Assembly: GCF_009914755.1 (NCBI RefSeq)
Contig: NC_060937.1
Direction: 5' to 3' (one strand)
DNA length: 64,000 nt
From: the human T2T-CHM13v2.0 reference genome, Homo sapiens
Below the pieces are notes generated by a model, which saw only the letters and a program-made list of their open reading frames with translations, was not told where the DNA came from and did not search any database. Made by a program: the position numbers and the translations under genes. The first letter of the stretch is position 1. Each line of letters starts with the position of its first letter. Positions 53,101 through 64,000 of the stretch are shown here, one piece after another.

Positions 53101-56100
53101 AGTTGAGTACACACATCACAAACAAGTTTCTGAGAATGCTTCTGTCTGGCTTTTATTGGAAGACGTTTCCTTTTCACCAAAGGCATCAAAGCGCTCCAAA
53201 TGTCCACTTCCAGATTCTTCCAAAAGAGTGTTTGAAACGTGCTCAAAGTAAGGGAATGTTCAACTCTGTGACTTGAATGCAGATATCACCAAGTAGTTTC
53301 TAATAGTGCTTCTGTCTAGATTTTAGATGATGATATTCCCGTTTCCAACGAAATCGTTAGAGCTATCCAAATATCCACTTACAGTTGCTACAAAAACAGT
53401 GTTTCCAAACTGCTGCATCAAAAGAAAGGTTCAACTCTGTTAGTTGAGGACACACGTCACAAAGAAGTTTGTGAGAATGCTTCTGTCTAGATTTTGTATG
53501 ACGATATTCCCTTTTCCAACGATATCGTTAAAGCAATCTAAATATCCATTTGCAGAATCCACAAAAATAGAGTTTCAAAGCTGCTCTGTAAAAAGAAAGG
53601 TTCCACTCTGTTAGCTGAGTACACACATCACAAACTTGTTTCTCAGAATCCTTCTGTCTCGTTTTTCTGGGAAGATATTTACTTTTTCACCGTAGGCATC
53701 AAAGCGCTCCAAATGTCCACATCCAGATACTCCAGAAAGAGTGTTTCAAACCTGCTCTATGAAAGGGAATCTTCAACTCTATGAGTTGAATGCAGACATC
53801 AGAAAGAAATTTCTGAGAATGCTGCTGTCTACCTTTTATTTGAATTCCCGCTTCCAACGAAATCCTCCAAGCTATCCAAATATCCACTTGCAGATTCCAC
53901 AAAAAGAGTGTTTCAAAACTGCTCTCTATCAATGGCAAAGTTCAACTCTGTTAGTTGAGGACACATATCACCAACAAGTTTCTGAGAATGCTTCTGTCTA
54001 TTTTTTATGGGAAGATATTTCCTTTTTCACCGTAGGCGTCAAGGCGATCGAAATGTCCACTTCCACAAACTACAAAAAGAGTGTTTCAAACCTGCTCTAT
54101 GAAAGGCCATGTTCATCTCTATGAGTCGAATGGAAATATCCGAAAGAAATTTCTGGGAATGCTGCTGTCTAGTTTTTATACGAATTCCCGCTTTCAACGA
54201 AATCCTCAAAGCAATCCAAATATCCACTTGCAGAATCCACAAAAAGAGTGTTTCAAAACTGCTCTATCAATAGAAAGGTTCAACTCTTTTAGTTGAGTAC
54301 ACACATCACAAACAAGTTTCTGAGAATGCTTCTGTCTGGCTTTTATTGGAAGACGTTTCCTTTTCACCAAAGGCATCAAAGCGCTCCAAATGTCCACTTC
54401 CAGATTCTTCCAAAAGAGTGTTTGAAACGTGCTCAAAGTAAGGGAATGTTCAACTCTGTGACTTGAATGCAGATATCACCAAGTAGTTTCTAATAGTGCT
54501 TCTGTCTAGATTTTAGATGATGATATTCCCGTTTCCAACGAAATCGTTAGAGCTATCCAAATATCCACTTACAGTTGCTACAAAAACAGTGTTTCGAAAC
54601 TGCTGCATCAAAAGAAAGGTTCAACTCTGTTAGTTGAGGACACACGTCACAAAGAAGTTTGTGAGAATGCTTCTGTCTAGATTTTGTATGACGATATTCC
54701 CTTTTCCAACGATATCATTAAAGCAATCTAAATATCCATTTGCAGAATCCACAAAAATAGAGTTTCAAAGCTGCTCTGTAAAAAGAAAGGTTCCACTCTG
54801 TTAGCTGAGTACACACATCACAAACTTGTTTCTCAGAATCCTTCTGTCTCGTTTTTATGGGAAGATATTTACTTTTTCACCGTAGGCATCAAAGCGCTCC
54901 AAATGTCCACATCCAGATACTCCAGAAAGAGTGTTTCAAACCTGCTCTATGAAAGGGAATCTTCAACTCTATGAGTTGAATGCAGACATCAGAAAGAAAT
55001 TTCTGAGAATGCTGCTGTCTACCTTTTATTTGAATTCCCGCTTCCAACGAAATCCTCCAAGCTATCCAAATATCCACTTGCAGATTCCACAAAAAGAGTG
55101 TTTCAAAACTGCTCTCTATCAATGGCAAAGTTCAACTCTGTTAGTTGAGGACACATATCACCAACAAGTTTCTGAGAATGCTTCTGTCTATTTTTTATGG
55201 GAAGATATTTCCTTTTTCACCGTAGGCGTCAAGGCGATCGAAATGTCCACTTCCACAAACTACAAAAAGAGTGTTTCAAACCTGCTCTATGAAAGGCCAT
55301 GTTCATCTCTATGAGTCGAATGGAAATATCCGAAAGAAATTTCTGGGAATGCTGCTGTCTAGTTTTTATACGAATTCCCGCTTCCAACGAAATCCTCAAA
55401 GCAATCCAAATATCCACTTGCAGAATCCACAAAAAGAGTGTTTCAAAACTGCTCTATCAATAGAAAGGTTCAACTCTTTTAGTTGAGTACACACATCACA
55501 AACAAGTTTCTGAGAATGCTTCTGTCTGGCTTTTATTGGAAGACGTTTCCTTTTCACCAAAGGCATCAAAGCGCTCCAAATGTCCACTTCCAGATTCTTC
55601 CAAAAGAGTGTTTGAAACGTGCTCAAAGTAAGGGAATGTTCAACTCTGTGACTTGAATGCAGATATCACCAAGTAGTTTCTAATAGTGCTTCTGTCTAGA
55701 TTTTAGATGATGATATTCCCGTTTCCAACGAAATCGTTAGAGCTATCCAAATATCCACTTACAGTTGCTACAAAAACAGTGTTTCCAAACTGCTGCATCA
55801 AAAGAAAGGTTCAACTCTGTTAGTTGAGGACACACGTCACAAAGAAGTTTGTGAGAATGCTTCTGTCTAGATTTTGTATGACGATATTCCCTTTTCCAAC
55901 GATATCGTTAAAGGAATCTAAATATCCATTTGCAGAATCCACAAAAATAGAGTTTCAAAGCTGCTCTGTAAAAAGAAAGGTTCCACTCTGTTAGCTGAGT
56001 ACACACATCACAAACTTGTTTCTCAGAATCCTTCTGTCTCGTTTTTCTGGGAAGATATTTACTTTTTCACCGTAGGCATCAAAGCGCTCCAAATGTCCAC

Positions 56101-57268
56101 ATCCAGATACTCCAGAAAGAGTGTTTCAAACCTGCTCTATGAAAGGGAATCTTCAACTCTATGAGTTGAATGCAGACATCAGAAAGAAATTTCTGAGAAT
56201 GCTGCTGTCTACCTTTTATTTGAATTCCCGCTTCCAACGAAATCCTCCAAGCTATCCAAATATCCACTTGCAGATTCCACAAAAAGAGTGTTTCAAAACT
56301 GCTCTCTATCAATGGCAAAGTTCAACTCTGTTAGTTGAGGACACATATCACCAACAAGTTTCTGAGAATGCTTCTGTCTATTTTTTATGGGAAGATATTT
56401 CCTTTTTCACCGTAGGCGTCAAGGCGATCGAAATGTCCACTTCCACAAACTACAAAAAGAGTGTTTCAAACCTGCTCTATGAAAGGCCATGTTCATCTCT
56501 ATGAGTCGAATGGAAATATCCGAAAGAAATTTCTGGGAATGCTGCTGTCTAGTTTTTATACGAATTCCCGCTTCCAACGAAATCCTCAAAGCAATCCAAA
56601 TATCCACTTGCAGAATCCACAAAAAGAGTGTTTCAAAACTGCTCTATCAATAGAAAGGTTCAACTCTTTTAGTTGAGTACACACATCACAAACAAGTTTC
56701 TGAGAATGCTTCTGTCTGGCTTTTATTGGAAGACGTTTCCTTTTCACCAAAGGCATCAAAGCGCTCCAAATGTCCACTTCCAGATTCTTCCAAAAGAGTG
56801 TTTGAAACGTGCTCAAAGTAAGGGAATGTTCAACTCTGTGACTTGAATGCAGATATCACCAAGTAGTTTCTAATAGTGCTTCTGTCTAGATTTTAGATGA
56901 TGATATTCCCGTTTCCAACGAAATCGTTAGAGCTATCCAAATATCCACTTACAGTTTCTACAAAAAGAGTGTTTCCAAACTGCTGCATCAAAAGAAAGGT
57001 TCAACTCTGTTAGTTGAGGACACACGTCACAAAGAAGTTTGTGAGAATGCTTCTGTCTAGATTTTGTATGACCATATTCCCTTTTCCAGCGATATCATTA
57101 AAGCAATCTAAATATCCATTTGCAGAATCCACAAAAATAGAGTTTCAAAGCTGCTCTGTAAAAAGAAAGGTTCCACTCTGTTAGCTGAGTACACACATCA
57201 CAAACTTGTTTCTCAGAATCCTTCTGTCTCGTTTTTCTGGGAAGATATTTACTTTTTCACCGTAGGCA
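50129..57268 (-). repeat. Run of six consecutive 7-mer modules
   Basis: Module starts at 50129, 51319, 52509, 53699, 54889 and 56079. Confidence 0.95.
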
Positions 57269-57948
57269 TCAAAGCGCTCCAAATGTCCACATCCAGATAC
57301 TCCAGAAAGAGTGTTTCAAACCTGCTCTATGAAAGGGAATCTTCAACTCTATGAGTTGAATGCAGACATCAGAAAGAAATTTCTGAGAATGCTGCTGTCT
57401 ACCTTTTATTTGAATTCCCGCTTCCAACGAAATCCTCCAAGCTATCCAAATATCCACCTGCATTTTCCACAAAAAGAGCGTTTCAAAACTGCTCTATCAA
57501 TAGAAATGTTCAACTCCTTTGGCTGGGTACACACATCACAAACAAGTTTCTGAGAATGCTTCTGTCTAGTTTTTATGGGAAGACATTCCCTTTTTCACCA
57601 AAGGCATCAAAGCGCTCCAAATGTCCACTTCCAGACACTACAAAAAGAGTGTTTCCAACGTGCTCTAAGAAAGCGAATGTTCAACTCTGTGACTTGAATG
57701 CAGATATCACAAAGTAGTTTCTGAGAGGGCTTCTGTCTAGATTTTAGATGATGATATTCCCGTTTCCAACGAAATCATTAGAGCTATCCAAATATCCACT
57801 TACAGTTTCTACAAAAAGAGTGTTTCCAAACTGCTGCATCAAAAGAGAGGTTCCACTCTGTTAGCTGAGTACACACATCACAAACTTGTTTCTGAGAATC
57901 CTTCTGTGTCGTTTTTATGGGAAGATATTTACTTTTTCACCGTAGGCA

Positions 57949-60900
57949 TCAAAGCGCTCCAAATGTCCACATCCAGATACTCCAGAAAGAGTGTTTCAAA
58001 CCTGCTCTATGAAAGGGAATCTTCAACTCTATGAGTTGAATGCAGACATCAGAAAGAAATTTCTGAGAATGCTGCTGTCTACCTTTTATTTGAATTCCCG
58101 CTTCCAACGAAATCCTCCAAGCTATCCAAATATCCACTTGCAGATTCCACAAAAAGAGTGTTTCAAAACTGCTCTCTATCAATGGCAAAGTTCAACTCTG
58201 TTAGTTGAGGACACATATCACCAACAAGTTTCTGAGAATGCTTCTGTCTATTTTTTATGGGAAGATATTTCCTTTTTCACCGTAGGCGTCAAGGCGATCG
58301 AAATGTCCACTTCCACAAACTACAAAAAGAGTGTTTCAAACCTGCTCTATGAAAGGCCATGTTCATCTCTATGAGTCGAATGGAAATATCCGAAAGAAAT
58401 TTCTGGGAATGCTGCTGTCTAGTTTTTATACGAATTCCCGCTTCCAACGAAATCCTCAAAGCAATCCAAATATCCACTTGCAGAATCCACAAAAAGAGTG
58501 TTTCAAAACTGCTCTATCAATAGAAAGGTTCAACTCTTTTAGTTGAGTACACACATCACAAACAAGTTTCTGAGAATGCTTCTGTCTGGCTTTTATTGGA
58601 AGACGTTTCCTTTTCACCAAAGGCATCAAAGCGCTCCAAATGTCCACTTCCAGATTCTTCCAAAAGAGTGTTTGAAACGTGCTCAAAGTAAGGGAATGTT
58701 CAACTCTGTGACTTGAATGCAGATATCACCAAGTAGTTTCTAATAGTGCTTCTGTCTAGATTTTAGATGATGATATTCCCGTTTCCAACGAAATCGTTAG
58801 AGCTATCCAAATATCCACTTACAGTTGCTACAAAAACAGTGTTTCCAAACTGCTGCATCAAAAGAAAGGTTCAACTCTGTTAGTTGAGGACACACGTCAC
58901 AAAGAAGTTTGTGAGAATGCTTCTGTCTAGATTTTGTATGACGATATTCCCTTTTCCAACGATATCGTTAAAGCAATCTAAATATCCATTTGCAGAATCC
59001 ACAAAAATAGAGTTTCAAAGCTGCTCTGTAAAAAGAAAGGTTCCACTCTGTTAGCTGAGTACACACATCACAAACTTGTTTCTCAGAATCCTTCTGTCTC
59101 GTTTTTATGGGAAGATATTTACTTTTTCACCGTAGGCATCAAAGCGCTCCAAATGTCCACATCCAGATACTCCAGAAAGAGTGTTTCAAACCTGCTCTAT
59201 GAAAGGGAATCTTCAACTCTATGAGTTGAATGCAGACATCAGAAAGAAATTTCTGAGAATGCTGCTGTCTACCTTTTATTTGAATTCCCGCTTCCAACGA
59301 AATCCTCCAAGCTATCCAAATATCCACTTGCAGATTCCACAAAAAGAGTGTTTCAAAACTGCTCTCTATCAATGGCAAAGTTCAACTCTGTTAGTTGAGG
59401 ACACATATCACCAACAAGTTTCTGAGAATGCTTCTGTCTATTTTTTATGGGAAGATATTTCCTTTTTCACCGTAGGCGTCAAGGCGATCGAAATGTCCAC
59501 TTCCACAAACTACAAAAAGAGTGTTTCAAACCTGCTCTATGAAAGGCCATGTTCATCTCTATGAGTCGAATGGAAATATCCGAAAGAAATTTCTGGGAAT
59601 GCTGCTGTCTAGTTTTTATACGAATTCCCGCTTCCAACGAAATCCTCAAAGCAATCCAAATATCCACTTGCAGAATCCACAAAAAGAGTGTTTCAAAACT
59701 GCTCTATCAATAGAAAGGTTCAACTCTTTTAGTTGAGTACACACATCACAAACAAGTTTCTGAGAATGCTTCTGTCTGGCTTTTATTGGAAGACGTTTCC
59801 TTTTCACCAAAGGCATCAAAGCGCTCCAAATGTCCACTTCCAGATTCTTCCAAAAGAGTGTTTGAAACGTGCTCAAAGTAAGGGAATGTTCAACTCTGTG
59901 ACTTGAATGCAGATATCACCAAGTAGTTTCTAATAGTGCTTCTGTCTAGATTTTAGATGATGATATTCCCGTTTCCAACGAAATCGTTAGAGCTATCCAA
60001 ATATCCACTTACAGTTGCTACAAAAACAGTGTTTCCAAACTGCTGCATCAAAAGAAAGGTTCAACTCTGTTAGTTGAGGACACACGTCACAAAGAAGTTT
60101 GTGAGAATGCTTCTGTCTAGATTTTGTATGACGATATTCCCTTTTCCAACGATATCGTTAAAGCAATCTAAATATCCATTTGCAGAATCCACAAAAATAG
60201 AGTTTCAAAGCTGCTCTGTAAAAAGAAAGGTTCCACTCTGTTAGCTGAGTACACACATCACAAACTTGTTTCTCAGAATCCTTCTGTCTCGTTTTTATGG
60301 GAAGATATTTACTTTTTCACCGTAGGCATCAAAGCGCTCCAAATGTCCACATCCAGATACTCCAGAAAGAGTGTTTCAAACCTGCTCTATGAAAGGGAAT
60401 CTTCAACTCTATGAGTTGAATGCAGACATCAGAAAGAAATTTCTGAGAATGCTGCTGTCTACCTTTTATTTGAATTCCCGCTTCCAACGAAATCCTCCAA
60501 GCTATCCAAATATCCACTTGCAGATTCCACAAAAAGAGTGTTTCAAAACTGCTCTCTATCAATGGCAAAGTTCAACTCTGTTAGTTGAGGACACATATCA
60601 CCAACAAGTTTCTGAGAATGCTTCTGTCTATTTTTTATGGGAAGATATTTCCTTTTTCACCGTAGGCGTCAAGGCGATCGAAATGTCCACTTCCACAAAC
60701 TACAAAAAGAGTGTTTCAAACCTGCTCTATGAAAGGCCATGTTCATCTCTATGAGTCGAATGGAAATATCCGAAAGAAATTTCTGGGAATGCTGCTGTCT
60801 AGTTTTTATACGAATTCCCGCTTCCAACGAAATCCTCAAAGCAATCCAAATATCCACTTGCAGAATCCACAAAAAGAGTGTTTCAAAACTGCTCTATCAA

Positions 60901-61518
60901 TAGAAAGGTTCAACTCTTTTAGTTGAGTACACACATCACAAACAAGTTTCTGAGAATGCTTCTGTCTGGCTTTTATTGGAAGACGTTTCCTTTTCACCAA
61001 AGGCATCAAAGCGCTCCAAATGTCCACTTCCAGATTCTTCCAAAAGAGTGTTTGAAACGTGCTCAAAGTAAGGGAATGTTCAACTCTGTGACTTGAATGC
61101 AGATATCACCAAGTAGTTTCTAATAGTGCTTCTGTCTAGATTTTAGATGATGATATTCCCGTTTCCAACGAAATCGTTAGAGCTATCCAAATATCCACTT
61201 ACAGTTTCTACAAAAAGAGTGTTTCCAAACTGCTGCATCAAAAGAAAGGTTCAACTCTGTTAGTTGAGGACACACATCACAAAGAAGTTTGTGAGAATGC
61301 TTCTGTCTAGATTTTGTATGACCATATTCCCTTTTCCAGCGATATCATTAAAGCAATCTAAATATCCATTTGCAGAATCCACAAAATTAGAGTTTCAAAG
61401 CTGCTCTGTAAAAAGAAAGGTTCCACTCTGTTAGCTGAGTACACACATCACAAACTTGTTTCTCAGAATCCTTCTGTCTCGTTTTTATGGGAAGATATTT
61501 ACTTTTTCACCGTAGGCA
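57949..61518 (-). repeat. Run of three 7-mer modules
   Basis: Module starts at 57949, 59139 and 60329. Confidence 0.93.
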
Positions 61519-64000
61519 TCAAAGCGCTCCAAATGTCCACATCCAGATACTCCAGAAAGAGTGTTTCAAACCTGCTCTATGAAAGGGAATCTTCAACTCT
61601 ATGAGTTGAATGCAGACATCAGAAAGAAATTTCTGAGAATGCTGCTGTCTACCTTTTATTTGAACTCCCGCTTCCAACGAAATCCTCCAAGCTATCCAAA
61701 TATCCACTTGCATTTTCCACAAAAAGAGTGCTTCAAAACTGCTCTATCAATAAATGTTCAACTCCTTTAGCTGGGTGCACACATCACAAACAAGTTTCTG
61801 AGAATGCTTCTGTCTAGTTTTTATGGGAAGACATTCCCTTTTTCACCAAAGGCATCAAAGCGCTCCAAATGTCCACTTCCAGACACTACAAAAAGAGTGT
61901 TTCCAACGTGCTCTAAGAAAGCGAATGTTCAACTCTGTGACTTGAATGCAGATATCACAAAGTAGTTTCTGAGAGGGCTTCTGTCTAGATTTTAGATGAT
62001 GATATTCCCGTTTCCAACGAAATCATTAGAGCTATCCAAATATCCACTTACAGTTTCTACAAAAAGAGTGTTTCCAAACTGCTGCATCAAAAGAGAGGTT
62101 CCACTCTGTTAGCTGAGTACACACATCACAAACTTGTTTCTGAGAATCCTTCTGTGTCGTTTTTATGGGAAGATATTTACTTTTTCACCGTAGGCATCAA
62201 AGCGCTCCAAATGTCCACATCCAGATACTCCAGAAAGAGTGTTTCAAACCTGCTCTATGAAAGGGAATCTTCAACTCTATGAGTTGAATGCAGACATCAG
62301 AAAGAAATTTCTGAGAATGCTGCTGTCTACCTTTTATTTGAATTCCCGCTTCCAACGAAATCCTCCAAGCTATCCAAATATCCACTTGCAGATTCCACAA
62401 AAAGAGTGTTTCAAAACTGCTCTCTATCAATGGCAAAGTTCAACTCTGTTAGTTGAGGACACATATCACCAACAAGTTTCTGAGAATGCTTCTGTCTATT
62501 TTTTATGGGAAGATATTTCCTTTTTCACCGTAGGCGTCAAGGCGATCGAAATGTCCACTTCCACAAACTACAAAAAGAGTGTTTCAAACCTGCTCTATGA
62601 AAGGCCATGTTCATCTCTATGAGTCGAATGGAAATATCCGAAAGAAATTTCTGGGAATGCTGCTGTCTAGTTTTTATACGAATTCCCGCTTCCAACGAAA
62701 TCCTCAAAGCAATCCAAATATCCACTTGCAGAATCCACAAAAAGAGTGTTTCAAAACTGCTCTATCAATAGAAAGGTTCAACTCTTTTAGTTGAGTACAC
62801 ACATCACAAACAAGTTTCTGAGAATGCTTCTGTCTGGCTTTTATTGGAAGACGTTTCCTTTTCACCAAAGGCATCAAAGCGCTCCAAATGTCCACTTCCA
62901 GATTCTTCCAAAAGAGTGTTTGAAACGTGCTCAAAGTAAGGGAATGTTCAACTCTGTGACTTGAATGCAGATATCACCAAGTAGTTTCTAATAGTGCTTC
63001 TGTCTAGATTTTAGATGATGATATTCCCGTTTCCAACGAAATCGTTAGAGCTATCCAAATATCCACTTACAGTTTCTACAAAAAGAGTGTTTCCAAACTG
63101 CTGCATCAAAAGAAAGGTTCAACTCTGTTAGTTGAGGACACACATCACAAAGAAGTTTGTGAGAATGCTTCTGTCTAGATTTTGTATGACCATATTCCCT
63201 TTTCCAGCGATATCATTAAAGCAATCTAAATATCCATTTGCAGAATCCACAAAAATAGAGTTTCAAAGCTGCTCTGTAAAAAGAAAGGTTCCACTCTGTT
63301 AGCTGAGTACACACATCACAAACTTGTTTCTCAGAATCCTTCTGTCTCGTTTTTATGGGAAGATATTTACTTTTTCACCGTAGGCATCAAAGCGCTCCAA
63401 ATGTCCACATCCAGATACTCCAGAAAGAGTGTTTCAAACCTGCTCTATGAAAGGGAATCTTCAACTCTATGAGTTGAATGCAGACATCAGAAAGAAATTT
63501 CTGAGAATGCTGCTGTCTACCTTTTATTTGAATTCCCGCTTCCAACGAAATCCTCCAAGCTATCCAAATATCCACCTGCATTTTCCACAAAAAGAGCGTT
63601 TCAAAACTGCTCTATCAATAGAAATGTTCAACTCCTTTGGCTGGGTACACACATCACAAACAAGTTTCTGAGAATGCTTCTGTCTAGTTTTTATGGGAAG
63701 ACATTCCCTTTTTCACCAAAGGCATCAAAGCGCTCCAAATGTCCACTTCCAGACACTACAAAAAGAGTGTTTCCAACGTGCTCTAAGAAAGCGAATGTTC
63801 AACTCTGTGACTTGAATGCAGATATCACAAAGTAGTTTCTGAGAGGGCTTCTGTCTAGATTTTAGATGATGATATTCCCGTTTCCAACGAAATCATTAGA
63901 GCTATCCAAATATCCACTTACAGTTTCTACAAAAAGAGTATTTCCAAACTGCTGCATCAAAAGAGAGGTTCCACTCTGTTAGCTGAGTACACACATCACA

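Larger units (their letters stand above)
1..64000 (-). repeat. Alpha-satellite active HOR array, suprachromosomal family 2, D13Z1/D21Z1 (S2C13/21H1L) family; extends past both window edges
   Basis: Tandem ~170 bp monomers throughout, with exact higher-order periods of 680/678, 1190 and 1870/1868 bp visible in the ORF-track spacing. CENP-B-box monomers alternate with pJalpha-type monomers. The reverse complement reads AATTCAAATAAAAGGTAGACAGCAGCATTCTCAGAAATTTCTTTCTGATGTCTGCATTCAACTCATAGAGTTGAAGATTCCC, which I recognise from memory as the EcoRI start of the chr13/21 11-mer. Five CENP-B boxes per 11-mer also fits that family. Alpha satellite is certain, the 13/21 family is likely, and chr13 versus chr21 is not resolved. 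Confidence 0.97.

Noticed and set aside
41459-53698. Exact 6120 bp tandem duplication (ABABBB x2)
   Set aside because: Module order repeats, but the tail variants of the last two B modules differ between the halves. Only the 3740 bp ABAB core is supported as a close copy.
694-54596. Apparent excess of CpG-creating variants (694, 17281, 27584, 46021, 54596) over CpG losses (39418), as a sign of hypomethylation
   Set aside because: There are too few events, they were found by eye, and methylation state cannot be inferred from sequence.
161-63671. About 250 ORFs of 67-127 aa on both strands (e.g. the 127 aa 'MFQTCSMKG...' frame)
   Set aside because: They recur with the satellite period, overlap on opposite strands, often begin at non-ATG codons and resemble no protein family I recognise. 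They are chance open frames in alpha satellite and were used only as positional markers.
1-64000. CRISPR-like or other repeat-spacer system
   Set aside because: The sequence between conserved motifs is itself repeated HOR sequence rather than unique spacers, and there are no cas or other genes.
1-64000. Transposon insertion (L1/Alu), inversion or array boundary
   Set aside because: Module lengths account for every base from 161 to the end. All CENP-B boxes seen have the same orientation, and there is no poly-A tail, target-site duplication or non-alphoid sequence.
1-64000. Assignment to other SF2 arrays with 4/7/11/15-mers (D8Z2 on chr8, D9Z4 on chr9)
   Set aside because: Their unit sizes are similar, but the monomer sequence matches my recollection of the chr13/21 11-mer. 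This was not verified by a search.
161-64000. The A/B module order as an information-bearing code
   Set aside because: Nested duplications and single-module gains or losses explain the order, and nothing in the sequence supports a coding function.

Overview
The whole 64 kb window is one uninterrupted, single-orientation, highly homogeneous primate alpha-satellite higher-order-repeat (HOR) array of about 376 monomers of ~170 bp. I see no genes, RNA genes, transposon insertions or inversions. The sequence is recognisable as suprachromosomal family 2, the human chr13/21 active centromeric HOR (D13Z1/D21Z1, S2C13/21H1L, alpha21-I type). The abundance of 7-mers favours chr13, but that assignment is inference. 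CENP-B boxes read on the minus strand. The array parses exactly into three modules, each starting at the shared motif tcaaagcgctccaaatgtccacatcc: A = 680 bp 4-mer (17 copies, the last truncated), A' = 678 bp variant 4-mer (7 copies) and B = 1190 bp 7-mer (40 copies). Order from position 161: A'B AB A'B B AB AB BBBBBB AB AB B A'B AB A'B AAB A'B AAB B AB A'B B AB AB BB AB AB BBBBB AB BB A'B A. This gives 19 11-mers, 19 stand-alone 7-mers and two 15-mers. All ORFs in the track are periodic by-products of the repeat. I found no undescribed gene system. The signals worth following are in the array's internal history: a 4418 bp tandem duplication with a mappable junction, a ~23-27 kb older duplication marked by rare SNVs, a SNV haplotype that predicts HOR structure in 38 of 40 units, and two sister 4-mer lineages that differ almost only within ~113 bp. 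All variant calls were made by eye and need confirmation by alignment.
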